DNA of 35,642 nucleotides, taken from positions 1 to 35,642 of the forward strand of contig JAUCBJ010002012.1 in assembly GCA_032718475.1 (NCBI GenBank), read 5' to 3'. Within the stretch, counting starts at the first letter, position 1; each line of letters begins with the position of its first letter. This document shows positions 21,969 to 35,276 of the stretch, piece after piece. The position numbers and the translations under genes were made by a program. Origin of the DNA: Nemertoderma westbladi (Eukaryota > Animalia > Xenacoelomorpha). The notes beneath the pieces were generated by a model, which saw only the letters and a program-made list of their open reading frames with translations, ran no database searches and was not told the origin of the DNA.

Positions 21969-24919
21969 GTGCAGTGGTCTGTAGTTAATGGCTTTTCTGT
22001 ATTAAATTTAAATGCTCAATGTGTACGTAATAAACTAAACGAACTAAAAGTTAGAGTGGGAATACAAAAACCGGATATTATTGCAATAACTGAAACTTGG
22101 GTAGATGAAAGTTTTTGTGACGAAGCATTATCCCTGGGGCCCTACCACCTATTTAGATGTGACCGTAATCTATCAGGTGGTGGAGTCGCCCTGTATATCA
22201 AAATGTCTTCTTTCTACTCGGTTAATAAGTTTGATGTCAATTTTGCACATAGTCTTTTTTCGGATTTTGTTTGTGCTGAGATTAATTTGCACAAAGGTCC
22301 AAAGTTTATTGTAACCTGTATTTATAGATCGACCTCGTCCAGTGATGTAAATAATGCCCACTTACATTGTTTAATTGATCATTTGATTGGTTGTACTGAT
22401 ACGAGTAGTGAGTTGCTACTACTCGGAGATTTTAATTTCCGTGAAATTAACTGGCAGACGTTAACTGTATCGTGCAAATCTCGACCGTTTGAACGTGCTT
22501 TTTTAACCTTCTTTTTAGATAGACACCTAACTCAACATGTTTATGAGCCTACCCGGTTTTCTACCGAGGGTACCGATTCAATACTTGATTTATTTTTTCC
22601 AAACCGCATGATGCTATATCTGATGTTCGTGTTCTAAGCGGTGTGGGTAAATCAGACCATGGTGTAGTTTATGGTCAATTGAAAATACTTTCAGTACCCC
22701 CTGAACCCAGATCATCTCACTTCCGGTATGACAGTGCTGATTATGAGGGCTGGCGTGTCTCATTGAGAGACGTCCCTTGGGGTGAGCGGTTCGCTGAAAA
22801 GTCAACTAATGAAGCATGGAACGACCTGAAATCTGAGCTCTTATCCGGTCAAGGTGTTTTCGTCCCAACCACTAGTAGTAGGGTAAATAGCTATAAGCAA
22901 CCATGGATGACTCATTCAGTGATCACCGCTGTACAACGGAAACAGGTATTCTTTCAGCGGTGGCGCTCATTTCGCACAGAGCGGAACCGTGATCGATATG
23001 TCCGTGCTAGACAGTATGCTGGAAGGGCGTGTTGGAAAGCTAAAAGGGACCATGAGGAACAAATAGCCGAACTTTCCAGCTCGAACCCGAAAGTTTTTTA
23101 GAAATATGTAAATTCCAAAAGGAAAAACAGGTGCCCGTTAGGGCCACTTCGTAGTCAGAACGAAACTGTGAGTTCGGAGTCAGGGATGGCGGAAATCTTC
23201 AGTGAGACATTTGCTGCGGTTTTCTCCAACGATGAGGACATTCCGAGTGGGTATTGCCCGGACACTAGTCACATTGGTGCTAATGTTACTCCATTAGAGA
23301 ATATCGACTTTTCAGTTGATGATGTACTCGAGTCATTGAGCGAGCTTAATCCCTATAAGTCTGCCGGCCCTGACCTTCTTCATAGTAGGGTTATTAGGAA
23401 TTGGCAAGCGTACTTGCCGTTCTGTGTCACAGTATATTTCGACGATCTTTTGACACTGGTGAGGTACCAGACGATTGGCGTATAGCAATTATTAATCCTC
23501 TGCTTAAGAAACCCCCGAAACACAATCCTGAGAATTACCGGCCCATCTCCCTCACGTGCATCCTGGCTAAGGTTTGTGAAAAGTTTATCAGAGATGCTAT
23601 GGTTTATCATTTCGAATCAAATGATCTGTTCACAGATTCACAGCATGGTGGTAGGTCCCACCGATCCACGGTTACCCAACTATTGGAAGTACTAGAAGAT
23701 TTCTGTTCCTATGTAGACGATTTACACACTCTTGGCGCCGATGTAGTATATCTTGACCTGCGACGTGCATTTGATACGGTATCACATAAGTTGCTTCTCC
23801 AAAAGTTGAATGCATACGGGATCAAGGGTAACGTGGCTGTGTGGGTCTGCAATTTTCTCACTGACCGTACACAGTGTGTACGTGTAAACGGGGTACTGAG
23901 TGGGTATCGGGTGGTTTCCAGTGGTGTGCCGCAAGGTACGGTGACCGCGCCAATTCTGTTCTTGATCTTTGTGAATGATATTCCGGATATGGTATCGTCG
24001 ATTTGCAAAATCTTTGTTGATGACACCAAAATTTATAGGCCAATCCATAGTTCAGTGGATCTTGATATTCTCCAGACCGATCTAGACTCACTTGTCAATT
24101 GGGCTAGTCGTTGGCATCTCCATTTCAACCCTTCAAAATGTAAGGTGATTCATCTAGGGCGTGAGAATCCTCAGTATTCATACTTATTGAATGGCAACGT
24201 TCTAGAAACTGTTAGTGAAGAAAAAGATCTGGGTGTGACCTTCAGTTCCAACTTATCGTTCTCAACTCATTGTACCACCATCGCTGCCCGAGCGACCCGA
24301 ATTCTCAACCTTGTTAAGCACACGTTTACATTTATGGAACCACGAATGTTTTTAAACCTGTATCGATCCATTATACGTCCCCTTCTTGAGTACGCTACTG
24401 TTGTTTGGTGCCCCTACCAACAGAAAGACATAGAGTTAATAGAACGAGTTCAACATCGTGCTACCAAAATTGTTCCCTCCCTTCAAGATATGACGTACGA
24501 AGAACGCCTCCGATCACTTGGCATACCTACATTGATATACAGACGGATTCGAGCCGATATGATAAATACATACAAGTTTGTTCATAGGATTGATAGGGTC
24601 GACTTAAGTAAATTCTTTGAATTCAAAAACCAACGTCACTCCTACGCTACCCAAAGGGTCGTCTTTAGCGCTATACAAACGGAATACTGCTGGTCACCAT
24701 TTGCCTCATGTCAACAGTTTCGCGACTAGGGTCGTGAATATATGGAATAGGTTAAGTGAAGACATAGTGAATGCGCGTGATATCCTTGGAAATCCGTCCG
24801 TAAATATCTTTAAGAACCGTCTAGACAAGGCCATAGAGGCCATTATGAACATATACAGTGATGTCCCAGTGCGACAAGTAGCCAGTGCGCATTTTACTCT
24901 CCACCGGTACCTTTATTGA
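21969..24919 (+). pseudogene. LINE ORF2 (AP endonuclease and reverse transcriptase), disrupted
   Basis: NLNAQ, PDIIAITETW, GGGVALY, GDFN, SDH; NYRPISLT, QHG, YLDLRRAFDTV, GVPQGT, FVDD, FNPSKC. Frameshifts near 22595, 23395 and 24620; stop at 23099-23101. Confidence 0.95.
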
Positions 24920-26699
24920 TTTTACATTGTCCCGTTCCCCCCAACGTTTAAAAATTTAAATTCTTATTTTTAAATCACTGATTTATTTTATTTTATTTTA
25001 CGGGATTTTATTGTATTGTATATCGTATCGTATTTTGAGTGTAATTGTAATTTGCATTTCATCATATTTTCAACTAATAGAGAAATTAATTATCTTTTTG
25101 ATGATGTACACCATTAGGTGTATTTTGAGTGCAATAATAATAATAATTGTACTTATTTTAATTTTTTAAACAGTGGAAAACCTACTGTATAATTGTGTAA
25201 TAATTCTATTTCCCGTGTTTATTATTATTTAGCAACAATCCCGTGTAACACGCAGTAGCGTATTTATAAGTTGATGCCAGGTATAATTGTTTGTTGTATT
25301 TATGTATTTTAACATGTGTGGCGAAATAAACTAAACTAAACTAAACTAAACACAGCGGCTGGATACCGTGATTCTAAGGTCCCTGGTATGTTCCGCTATT
25401 TCGTCCATGACATGTGGGCTCGAAATATAGACATAAACGAAAAAACGCCATAGGCGCAATGGTAAAATAACACCAATAACAGCTGGTGTCGTGATGAAAA
25501 ATGGCTTATGTAATGGATTTCTACACAAGGCTTAGTATAAATCGATGAGGTTGCCAAGATTATTGTACTCAGTACACCCATACTGTTTGTTTAGGCCCTA
25601 GGACACTCTGTCAAAGCAAACATTAACTAATTACTCTTCCCAATGCATTCTATGCGAATATCTCACTCTGCTAATGTAAGCTGAATGACTTAAGTACACA
25701 GTGTGTTGGCTACATTAATGCCAACATTATTGCAAAATGTTTTATTGTTGGATTACTCTCTGTCAGTCTCTCCTTCAGAACATTGTATAGGGAATTAACT
25801 TTAGTTTACTCTACTGTGCCATTCAGCTGAATGGATTTGAGCGATTGCCAAGTACAGAGTTGGATCATTCTCTGACCATAGGCAAAGAAAGACATCAAAT
25901 CTTTTTAAGAATATACTTTTTCCATGTTTTTTTTTCTGACCAAAAATTTCAAAAAAATTTTTTCGTAGCCAGTACTGCCAATCGATTCGCCATCAAAAAT
26001 AACAGAAAAAATTTTTTTTGCAAAATTTTAAATTACTGTAAATTTTTGGCGACTGGGGGGGGTCAATTTTTTTCGATCCGCTATAACTCCGGAACGCTTT
26101 GTCCAAATTCGATGGGGTTTTCATTTTTCAACTTAATTCGATGTCCTCTTTCAGCCTATCCATGTTTCGAAACCCCAAACAGCGCCGTTCAAAAATTATT
26201 TTTTTCTAGTTCTAGAATTTTACAAATTTCAAAAAAGTTGCAGTATTTTATAAACGCCTTTACGGAATTCGATAGCGTTTTCGATTTTTATATTAAACGC
26301 AATATCCTGAATCTCACTAGCCTAGTTTCGCGTCACCAATGCCAAGATTTCATACTTTTTGAGGAAAATTTTTCTAGAATAATTTTTATTTAATTACATT
26401 TATAGCGATTTCATATTACTGGTTGCACATGAATTGATGGAGTTTTCAATTTATTAACTAAACACGATATCGCGCATCGCACCAGCGTGATTTCGAAATT
26501 CCAAAACGAGGTCTTCACTAGTTGCAGGTCGATTTTGTTCTAGAATTGAGCAACTAATAATAGATCGAATTTATTAATAATTATTGTTGAAATATGATTG
26601 TATTTTTACATAATTATTAGTTCTATACTAATTCTCGTTGTCTCTATTGTTTAAAATAAAAAGTCGGTGCCTTATCGGGCCGCTAGGCCCGTCACTAGT

Positions 26700-27865
26700 T
26701 AGCAAGTTAGCAAGTCGTTAGACTTGATTACTGTAATTACTGTAAGAAAAAAAAGCTACTGACTACTGGCTACTGACTACTGGCTACTGGCTACTGACCT
26801 AGAGCAAAAACGGCTCTAACGATTTTGATGAAATTTTGCATGGACCATGAAAATGGATTTCTAAGGGTACTTGTGAAATCGCGGTTTAAATTGAAACATC
26901 TCAACTTGTTTTATTTCGAAAAATAGCCCCAAAACACTAAAATTGCCATAGGCGCAATGATAAAACACCAGCTGGCACTCATGAAAAATGTATAGAGATA
27001 GCCTGGTAATGCATTCAATAGGAAGGCCAACTAACAAAGAAGTACTTTCTCTGCCAAGTTTTATTATCACTCTACTATACAATCCAGACAGTAAGCAAAC
27101 ATTAATTTGTTTAACTGGCTATTACAGTTTCAGCTGAATAACTCTTCCCAATGCATCCTTGTTGTTAACATGTTAATTAATTGGCGTGCAAGCTAAATGA
27201 CTGTTAGTTAAACAGTGTGTTGGCTACACAGTGTATTGTACTATGCTCTCATCGCATTATTGTTTTATTTTGAAATCTTTGTGCCAACATTAATACTGTG
27301 GAGGCTGTATGCTTATAAGGCTGAATATTTACTCAGCCTCAAAATGATTCTCCATAAGGCTAACATTATTGTTTGAAATATAAAAATCTGTTATAATAAT
27401 AATATAATTGTTATATTTAATTAATATCGTGGTTTACATTGAACAGTGTAAATTGTTAATCGCGGTTTACATTGAAACATCTCAACTTGTTTTATTTATT
27501 ACAAAAATAAGAACGAATTTGTCTTATCACTTCTTGTGCGCGATTGTATTGAATTCATGACAACTGCTGTTATTGTTATTAATCAATTGACACCTCGACT
27601 CCTCTCTGAGACTCCGACTACTCTATCCGATAGAATAAAATAATCATTTCGCTAACTGCTCTCTATCTTCTATAATCACTACAGCTTTTATAATTCATTA
27701 GATGATTACAACATAATAATTATAGTGTGAAGTTGTCTAGAAAAATTTTCGTACACCACCGGGACTACCCTCACACTAATTGATTATCAGACAGAACAAA
27801 AAGCGTTTACTTGATTCGTACTGTCTCCTACGACTTGCTTCACGGGCCGCTAGGCCCGTCTCTAG
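26700..27865 (+). mobile_element. Non-autonomous Helitron-like element, copy 2
   Basis: Same hairpin at 27843-27858 then CTAG|T at 27862-27866; (CTACTG(A/G))n microsatellite at about 26756-26798; blocks shared with 25350-25750. Confidence 0.7.
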
Positions 27866-28150
27866 TGAAATAACTGAATAACTGAGTAACTAATGAAGGA
27901 TTGATACAAGAGTGTGTTAACAAGAAGAAGTACAAAGTGGTGATAACCAAAGGCAAACCAGCCCTTTATATACTAAATCTGGGACATAGAATCCACTAGA
28001 ACCTTCCAGAGCATTCCATGGCCTCACATTGGAGCAATAAGATATTCCATGCCCTATGATTGGCCCAACTCATCATTCCATGTGTTGTACGCACCTCATT
28101 GGTTTATCAATTTGTACCAAATGAAAATAAATTGCCCCAAAATGCAAATT

Positions 28151-28223
28151 TCCCGACTGGGATTCGAACTCGTAACCTATCTGTAATGCAACCAACGCCT
28201 TAAACAAATTACCACTACGCCAC
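28151..28223 (-). other. tRNA-derived SINE-head-like remnant
   Basis: A box TGGCGTAGTGG and B box AGTTCGAATCC on the minus strand; no convincing cloverleaf. Confidence 0.55.
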
Positions 28224-28795
28224 GAGATTAACTACGGGTTTTATGTGTACTAATATGAATAGGCATATTACATTACTGTAACTTAATCAAAATGCGTCGG
28301 ATTTTCGAAAGTTTTTACGTTAAACTACAAAATGCTATCTTATAGTGAAATAATTCATCAAAGGACCTACTAGACATTGTCGATCATGCAGGAATGAAAC
28401 ATGGTTTTCTGCATCTCAATTGCTTGGGAAGCAGATTTTATGGTTGAAGAACCGCCTGGGCGAGTTCCGATGGAGGGGTCTTAATAAAGATAGTCCATTT
28501 CATGGATTAATACAACTAATCAAGTACAATTACTAGACCCAAGTAACTTATTTTAATTTATGCTAATATTGTAATATGAATGAATGTGATGCGTATATTA
28601 TCCACATGGATAGTGATGGTGAAACTCGCACAAAGTACAATAATTATTGATTATTAATGATGATACATATTTAAATAATTAATTAATCTAGATCCAGTAA
28701 GTGATATGCCAGGCGTAGTGGTGTTGGATATGTATGGGTGGCGGCATGGATATACAACATATTTGTTAATATTGTAATATGAAATCATAATAATA

Positions 28796-29346
28796 TAAAG
28801 TTCTATGTGAATATTGTTCTAGAACGTAATAATATTGTCAATAAAAACGATTAAAAATATTTCAAAAATGGAGATAGCTATCACAGTAATACCAAAAAAT
28901 TTTACTAAAAAACCAAAATATTTTATTTGCAGTTTTTGCGTATTCTAGAATATTTTAGAAATTGCAATTTAGCTAAATTCATTTTCAACACAACTAAAAC
29001 TGCTACCAACCATAAAAAACACTAGCTATGTAAAATACAAAACAAGTTACGTAATAGTATTTTTTGATTTTATGAATAAATGTACCGCTGGGTGCCGCCA
29101 TAGAAAATACTAGCTATATCAATTTCAATAAATAAGACTAATCACCAATAAAGTGTGTGTGTAAACCAAGTTAAATTACGAGGCAGTAGGCAATATATAA
29201 ACGAAGCGGTTAACGAAACGGCGGCGGTGAACAATAAATAAAACAAACGAGCATAGGCGTAGGCCTAGATTTTTAAAAGATTTGCAAAATATGGGTAAAC
29301 AAATCTTTCATATCATAGCTAAGTATACTGCAATTACAGTACATTC
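28796..29346. repeat. Dispersed non-coding repeat, copy B
   Basis: Same orientation and sequence as 20313-20843, with small indels. Confidence 0.88.
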
Positions 29347-29942
29347 AGATCTAAACGTATACAGATATACGTAGTTGTTTATCTCTGTTCTAGAACACTT
29401 AATTTAATTACTCCAGTAACAAACGTTTATAATTTAATGTAATTTTTGGAACAGGTTGACTAATTTGTACTTGTATTTTATGCTGTAAAAAAAATTACCC
29501 AAGGTATCCCAACTGGCACCCCGTGAATATTTACATTATTATTATCAGGGAAGACATTGAGAAAATAAAATTGCGTGATGACCCAAGTTCACGGTCCTCC
29601 CTTGAGCTCTATTGAGCGTCTACTGGACTATAGGGAATCACCTAAGAATCGGATCCGGAACAAGTGGATTATATACTATATAGTGTATACGCCCATCACA
29701 TTCGACATTTTTGGTTATTATTGTTAATTTGCTTTGGTGCTAAACTATTATATAATAAAGGGAAGATTGTTTGACAGAGTAGTAATTTATGTAATTTTAG
29801 TCTGATAGGCCAAACACATTTCTGCATTTTTTGTTGTTTTTTTGGTAATTCTGTATTTTCACTGTAGAATTTATATTTGGGTTGAGTGAGTAGGTGTAGG
29901 CTGTTTTTAGTTATCTGTTTTTAGTTATTTGTTTATTATTAA

Positions 29943-29980
29943 CCCTGATGAAGGATATGAAATATATTCGAAAATTTGGG
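29943..29980 (+). ncRNA. Degenerate Penelope-type hammerhead-like motif
   Basis: CTGATGA-A-GGATAT-GAAAT-ATATTC-GAAA-ATTTG: core and stem II present, stem I weak, cleavage site non-canonical. Confidence 0.4.
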
Positions 29981-30850
29981 AAATTAACAACATTTTTTAT
30001 CGAGAAGTTTATCCTCAGTGGCGAACTCATTTCAATTATATATATTATATAAATTATATATATATCGTAAATTGGAACACAGGTACATACTATACTGTAC
30101 AGTAGAATCCACTCTAATCTACTTTGCTAAGGTACTTATGCACTTTATTTGTACTATCCCTTACGGTATCGATTTATGAATACGGGTACAATAAAATAAG
30201 ATGCACAGTACAGTAGAAAGGAGCTAAACTGGAAATAACAAATATAGTTACCGTAGAAACATCACCTAAATGTTATAATCGCTGAAATTTGTAATATTTA
30301 ATAATTACGTTAACACACAAACATGTCAGGTTAGGAAATAAATATCAGCCCAATTTAGATTCATAACCTTGTCTAAAGTTACAGAAAGGCCACGCTAATA
30401 AAATAAACATAATTTAACTAACTTTGGTGCATATTTTGTAACTAATGGTAAAATTAAAGACGTTTGAAATCGCAACACTAAACTTGAATGCCGTCTCCAT
30501 AGCAACAGGATCCAAAAATCAGACAAAAAAGATTGTCATTATTTCGTAAATGAACTATATTGACTTTGTAGAAGATTTCAATCCATTATGACATGCTGTT
30601 TGCAGTTGCTATGCTTTAAATGAGAATTACGTGGTCCTTAGCAACTAGGTCGTTATTTCAAAATGCCCAAAGTCAAAAATGTTATAATCGCCATTTCCTC
30701 ATTAAGTGGGACCTATAGAACTCAAAACATCAAAAAAATTGAATCCGTCCAAAAAGTTTCGGTATACCATTGTGGCTGCCGGACTATTATAACAAGTTAA
30801 ATATAATAAAATTGATACTTTTAAAATTTCTATTTTTTTTTATTTTGCAG

Positions 30851-30914
30851 GTTGAAATCCCGTCTCGGAAGAAGAACCAACTCAATTTCAACTGATATAT
30901 TATCTTACCAGTAG
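30851..30914 (+). other. Possible terminal exon of a host gene
   Basis: Strong acceptor TTTTTTTTATTTTGCAG ending at 30850, then LKSRLGRRTNSISTDILSYQ* or VEIPSRKKNQLNFN*. No homology evidence. Confidence 0.3.
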
Positions 30915-31789
30915 GACTACATCTACAGTATAATATTTGTTTTATGGTTGTTGGGTGGGAGTAAAGTAACTATTGGTGGTGGTGAATATTTAAAATAATA
31001 TTTAACGATTTATTGTTTAGACATATTAAACTTAACTACCGGTAGCACAGGAGTTTCCCGGTGATTCTCCAGGAATTTTCCAGGAATTTCCGCTTTTTAG
31101 TACATACCAAATTGCAAGGCTGTAACAGTGTAAATAACATTACTGGACAGACTGTGGAACAATAACACATGAAACCAGAAAATAGTTTTGTAAAAATGTA
31201 AAATCCAAATGTTGCATCATAACCATTTTATCAAATGGTATAATATGATAAATGGTAAAAATCAAATGGTAACTTTGTTCTCTGAGAAAAGAGCATTCGA
31301 ATGAGCCTAAAACGAACATCGTATGAGATATTATACATTTTGAAGATCTCAGATGACCGTTAAGTCTATTCCGCGTAATCCCGCAAAGACCGCAGAGTTG
31401 CTTATTTGAGTCCCATCATTGTACCGCAGACTAGAAGTTGTCTTTTAGACTCTGACCAGTAGTAGGTCCAATAATCATACAAAAATACCTTCTCAATTAA
31501 AATTTTGTGCTCTTATTTCGCCCCTAAGACCTGAATAAATTTGAGCCAAATTTATTTTTTTTATCTAAAATCTATTTTTTTTTACACAATAATGTCGTAA
31601 TAAGTGGAACTACATTCTTTACATTTTCATCTCTAGGGGTTTTCCTGGTCGCTGATTTAAATTCTGATGTCAGTTTTTGCGACTGACCAACTCTAGGATA
31701 TCTATGTCTGTGCGTATGTCTGTTTGTCTATAGTCACGTCGTTTGGTAGAATATAATATAGTCCCTGTTCTATCCCATCACCTGTTATA

Positions 31790-33636
31790 GGGTTTTGAAT
31801 AAGAACTTCGTTTCCAGGTTCTAGCTTTGTAAGTGGTTTGCTACGAACAGTTTGGTTATAAATGGTTCTAGAAAGTTTCATTTCCCGAAGTTCGATATCG
31901 TTAGCCTCTTTAGCTTTCGTTTGCCATTCAACATATTGAATGAATAGTGGGCTGGAACAAGATAACGTAATGGGTGACCGTATACGATTGAGGATGGTGA
32001 CCGTCCTTCTATGCGAGGTGTGTTACGTAGTTCCAATAGACCATTCAGGAAGTCATCTGATTCTATATTTTCTTCTGCTTTTGCTACAAGATGTTTTAAA
32101 GTTTTTACTGTCACTTCTGCTAGTCCATTAGATTGGAATATGGACTTAAAAGGGCCCCATGGACTAAACACCCCACTGTTTCAGAAAATCTTGTAACACT
32201 TTTGCAGAGTATTGGGGACCCCCATCGTATCTCAGGGGATAGGGATGCCAGTCTGAACGAAGTATTTTCGTATGACTGCGATAACCTGTTTTGATGTAGG
32301 TTTGTATCACCAACTATGAATAAATGGAAATCCGGAAAATTTGTCCACATAAGCAAGATATGAATGAGTTCCATATACTGTACAAATAAATCACTTGATA
32401 CCGATTCAAACATTCGAGTGGGTTGGACATCAGATATCATTGGTTCTTTGCAATTACTTGAGAGGCGAGTTTGACATTTTTGGCTGCATCATACAACATA
32501 CATACAAGCAATATACATGTGACGGGATCCCTGAGTTGGCTAGGGAATCCCGACCGGGTTTTGTCTTTGTTCAATACGCGTCGTCGCGTCCGCTTACTGT
32601 GACTGAATGCCTGAAGGCCGAAGGCCGGTTATAATAAAAGTGTTAATGTTGTTAATCTCTCATAAGTATATAAGTACCGGAAGTAATCAGCACAACAGTA
32701 ATAACAATGATAGCAGACAACGACGGCGGTTGAAAACCGTCCGACTTCTGCTCACCCAATATACCAACTAAAGTACAATTGACAGAGTAACGGTTAAACA
32801 TGGGACACATTAATTACCTAGGTGTGGCCAACCAGTAATTGGACACAAGCTGACCCTCCATTGGTTGATCTATGTTCCATGTTCCTATGTTAGCTTCTAC
32901 CCTGAGCTGTGTGCTGGCATCTCTCCCTGTGGCTGGCACTGTATATTGCTAGGTGCCAATTGTTAGGTGACATTATATTTGTAATGTCACCTAATCAACC
33001 ATAATTGTTAAAAGCCACTCTCCCCACTTTCCGCTGGTCGGTGCAGCAAATTTGATACGCTAACAATACAACTTCTATTGCTCGACATTTCATTCGTTCC
33101 AAGCCTTGGTGTGAGTCATGTAACTTCCTGAGTATATCTTTTTGCTTTGTGGTATGATAAGTCGTCTACCATGCAGAACTATACCGTGGTGAGTTCATCC
33201 CAGATTTTTTTGAACATCTGAACATATTGTGATGTTACATCGGGATTTGTGAATCCAGATTCTATTGATTTTACCAAATTCACATAGTTATTATCCGCCT
33301 TTGCTACAGTTCGTAGTTCCGTGATAATTGGGTCTTGTAAGTCGGATTTGAGTATCTCATTATCGCTATTCTCGGATAAAAGATGTATGTCAGCTATGCG
33401 TGTTACAGTTTTCACACTCACTTAAGTGGCTGAATCATCAATCTCTTCTTTTTTAAGAGCATTCACCGGTTCTCTTGCCAGTGCATCGGGTATGTTGTGC
33501 AAGCTACCTTTTTGCCACTTCACTTGTGAATTGATATGTACTGAGTTTCATTTTGTAGTTTTGTAAGCAGACGTTATCGATCATATCAAGGGTATACGTG
33601 TTGAATATTGTTACTAAAGATTTATGGTCTGTGACG
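31790..33636 (-). pseudogene. Ty3/Gypsy pol remnant (RNase H end and integrase), interrupted at about 32490-33068
   Basis: TDHKSL, WQKGSLHNIPDALAR, LHDSHQG, KEPMISD..PTRMFESVSSDLF, QSNGLAEVTVKTLK, LLELRNTPR..GRSPSSIVYGHPLR. Confidence 0.85.
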
Positions 33637-34063
33637 TCATTATCATAATCATGGTCTGAATATAGCATGGCACACAGATGGTTATGATAAACTTAAGTAA
33701 TTCGGTTTCCCTATCCGTGGATGCATCGATGGTTGGTAGTAGAAACAAAAAAATATTTCTTTCATTTCGAGCACAAGTAATAAACAGGATATATAATCAA
33801 AACAAAAGAAAGTTGTGTAAAATTATCAAATAAGGTTTTGTTTCATTCGTTGTGTAAAAACAAAAAATAAATTCAAATTTAATCTGATTCCTGCCGATGA
33901 TTAATTACTCCGCGTACTAAATGTTGTCAATATGGACAGCGCATTGGTCATAGTGAGTCAAAATTTGTCATACATTTCGACAATTGGAACACGAATTTGC
34001 AAACTGCACGTATTCGCTTGAGGCAAACCCCGATAATGTTCATCAACGTCACTTTATTTCATA

Positions 34064-35276
34064 GGGTGAGTGAGGGAGACTTGACTTTAGGGGAGACTTA
34101 ATTTTTTTTAATAACTCAAAAACTATTGTAAATTATTTAACAATACCACACAAAAATGTGTAAAATACATCTTGGCTACACCCGCTCAAAAATGTTTTAT
34201 TACATTTTGGTTATTTTGTGTTTTATTGTCAATAAAAGTTTTCTGGGTTCAAAAGTAAATCTTTACCCTTTACAACGAATGAAAATTCGCATCCTTATTT
34301 TACTGTATGTTAATTGTAATTCACAACATGTGTTGACTAATTATTGCACCATCCTGCCATATATTGTTTTCCAGTTTTGGTTCAGCCGTTTTGAAATTAT
34401 ATCAATTAATAGAAAAAAAAGCCCATGTGGGGAGACTTGACGTCCGAGTGTGAGGGAGACTTGAACCCGCCAATGCTTACGTCTACCTAGAGATACACCC
34501 ACGTAGAGAACCATTACACCAGGCCACTCCAACTAGTTGATTGACACTTACACCGACGCAGCCATCAATGGATGGCTATCCTTCATGCAGTAGGAATAGG
34601 CCCTCTCTAGCTTGACTAAACCAAACCCAGCCAAGCCAACCAACAACTCTTCCTTCCCTCTTTGTAATGTCCGCCAACTTGGTGATTGACAACTTAAACA
34701 AGATACCGCTACGTCAGGTAGCGGCACACATCAATAGAATTACAGGAAAACAATTAAAATGCTCCTAGATTGAAAATTTTACAAGATGTTTATTATTAAA
34801 AAGTACCTTTCCGCGTTAAATCTTATTGCGGTTTTAATTAACTATTATTTATTTATTTCTTGTTAGGAGAACCATGTGAATGACCACCTAAATTTGTACA
34901 AAATTTGGGATAATAATTTGACAAATTAATAATCGTATTTTTTTTATTTTTGCTGCTCTACTATAAAATAGACATGTTGAACATGTAATTATTACACTTC
35001 TTCTGCATTTTTGAACGAATTTACAAGCATGTGAGGTGGGGTTCAAGTCTCCCACCCTAGGTGTCAAATCTTCCCCCATTGAGGGAGACTTGACGCTTTT
35101 TTGAAAATACGAATAATTGGTTTAATTAAAAAGTTTAAGAGTTGAAATTCCCAAACTCTCACATAATGATAGCAATCATAAATGTAAGTTAAAAGTTAAA
35201 ACGGCATTGAAAAATTCATTTATCTGTTCTTTAGAGCGATTATAACTTTTGGGGTTCAAGTCTCTCTCACTCACAC
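34064..35276. mobile_element. Non-autonomous TIR DNA transposon with TA target duplication (Tc1/mariner-pogo-like)
   Basis: Left TA|GGGTGAGTGAGGGAGACTTGA; right TCAAGTCTCTCTCACTCACAC|TA; internal GGGAGACTT repeats near 34091, 34431, 34454, 35083 and inverted at 35045. Confidence 0.8.

Larger units (their letters stand above)
20891..25350 (+). mobile_element. CR1-type non-LTR retrotransposon (LINE), 5'-truncated
   Basis: APE plus RT ORF2, AT-rich 3' UTR, AATAAA then (CTAAA)4 tail ending at 25350. CACA flanks both sides (20887-20890 and 25351-25354), a possible target duplication. Confidence 0.9.
20845..26698 (+). mobile_element. Non-autonomous Helitron-like element, copy 1, interrupted by the LINE
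   Basis: 3' hairpin CGGGCC-GCTA-GGCCCG (26676-26691) then CTAG|T at 26695-26699. CTCTAACGATTTTGATGA at 20851 and GCCATAGGCGCAATG at about 25447 both match copy 2. 5' boundary approximate. Confidence 0.65.

Noticed and set aside
25845-26393. 182-aa ORF as a Helitron-captured gene
   Set aside because: F/K/N-rich translation of AT-rich non-coding DNA, TTG start, no motif.
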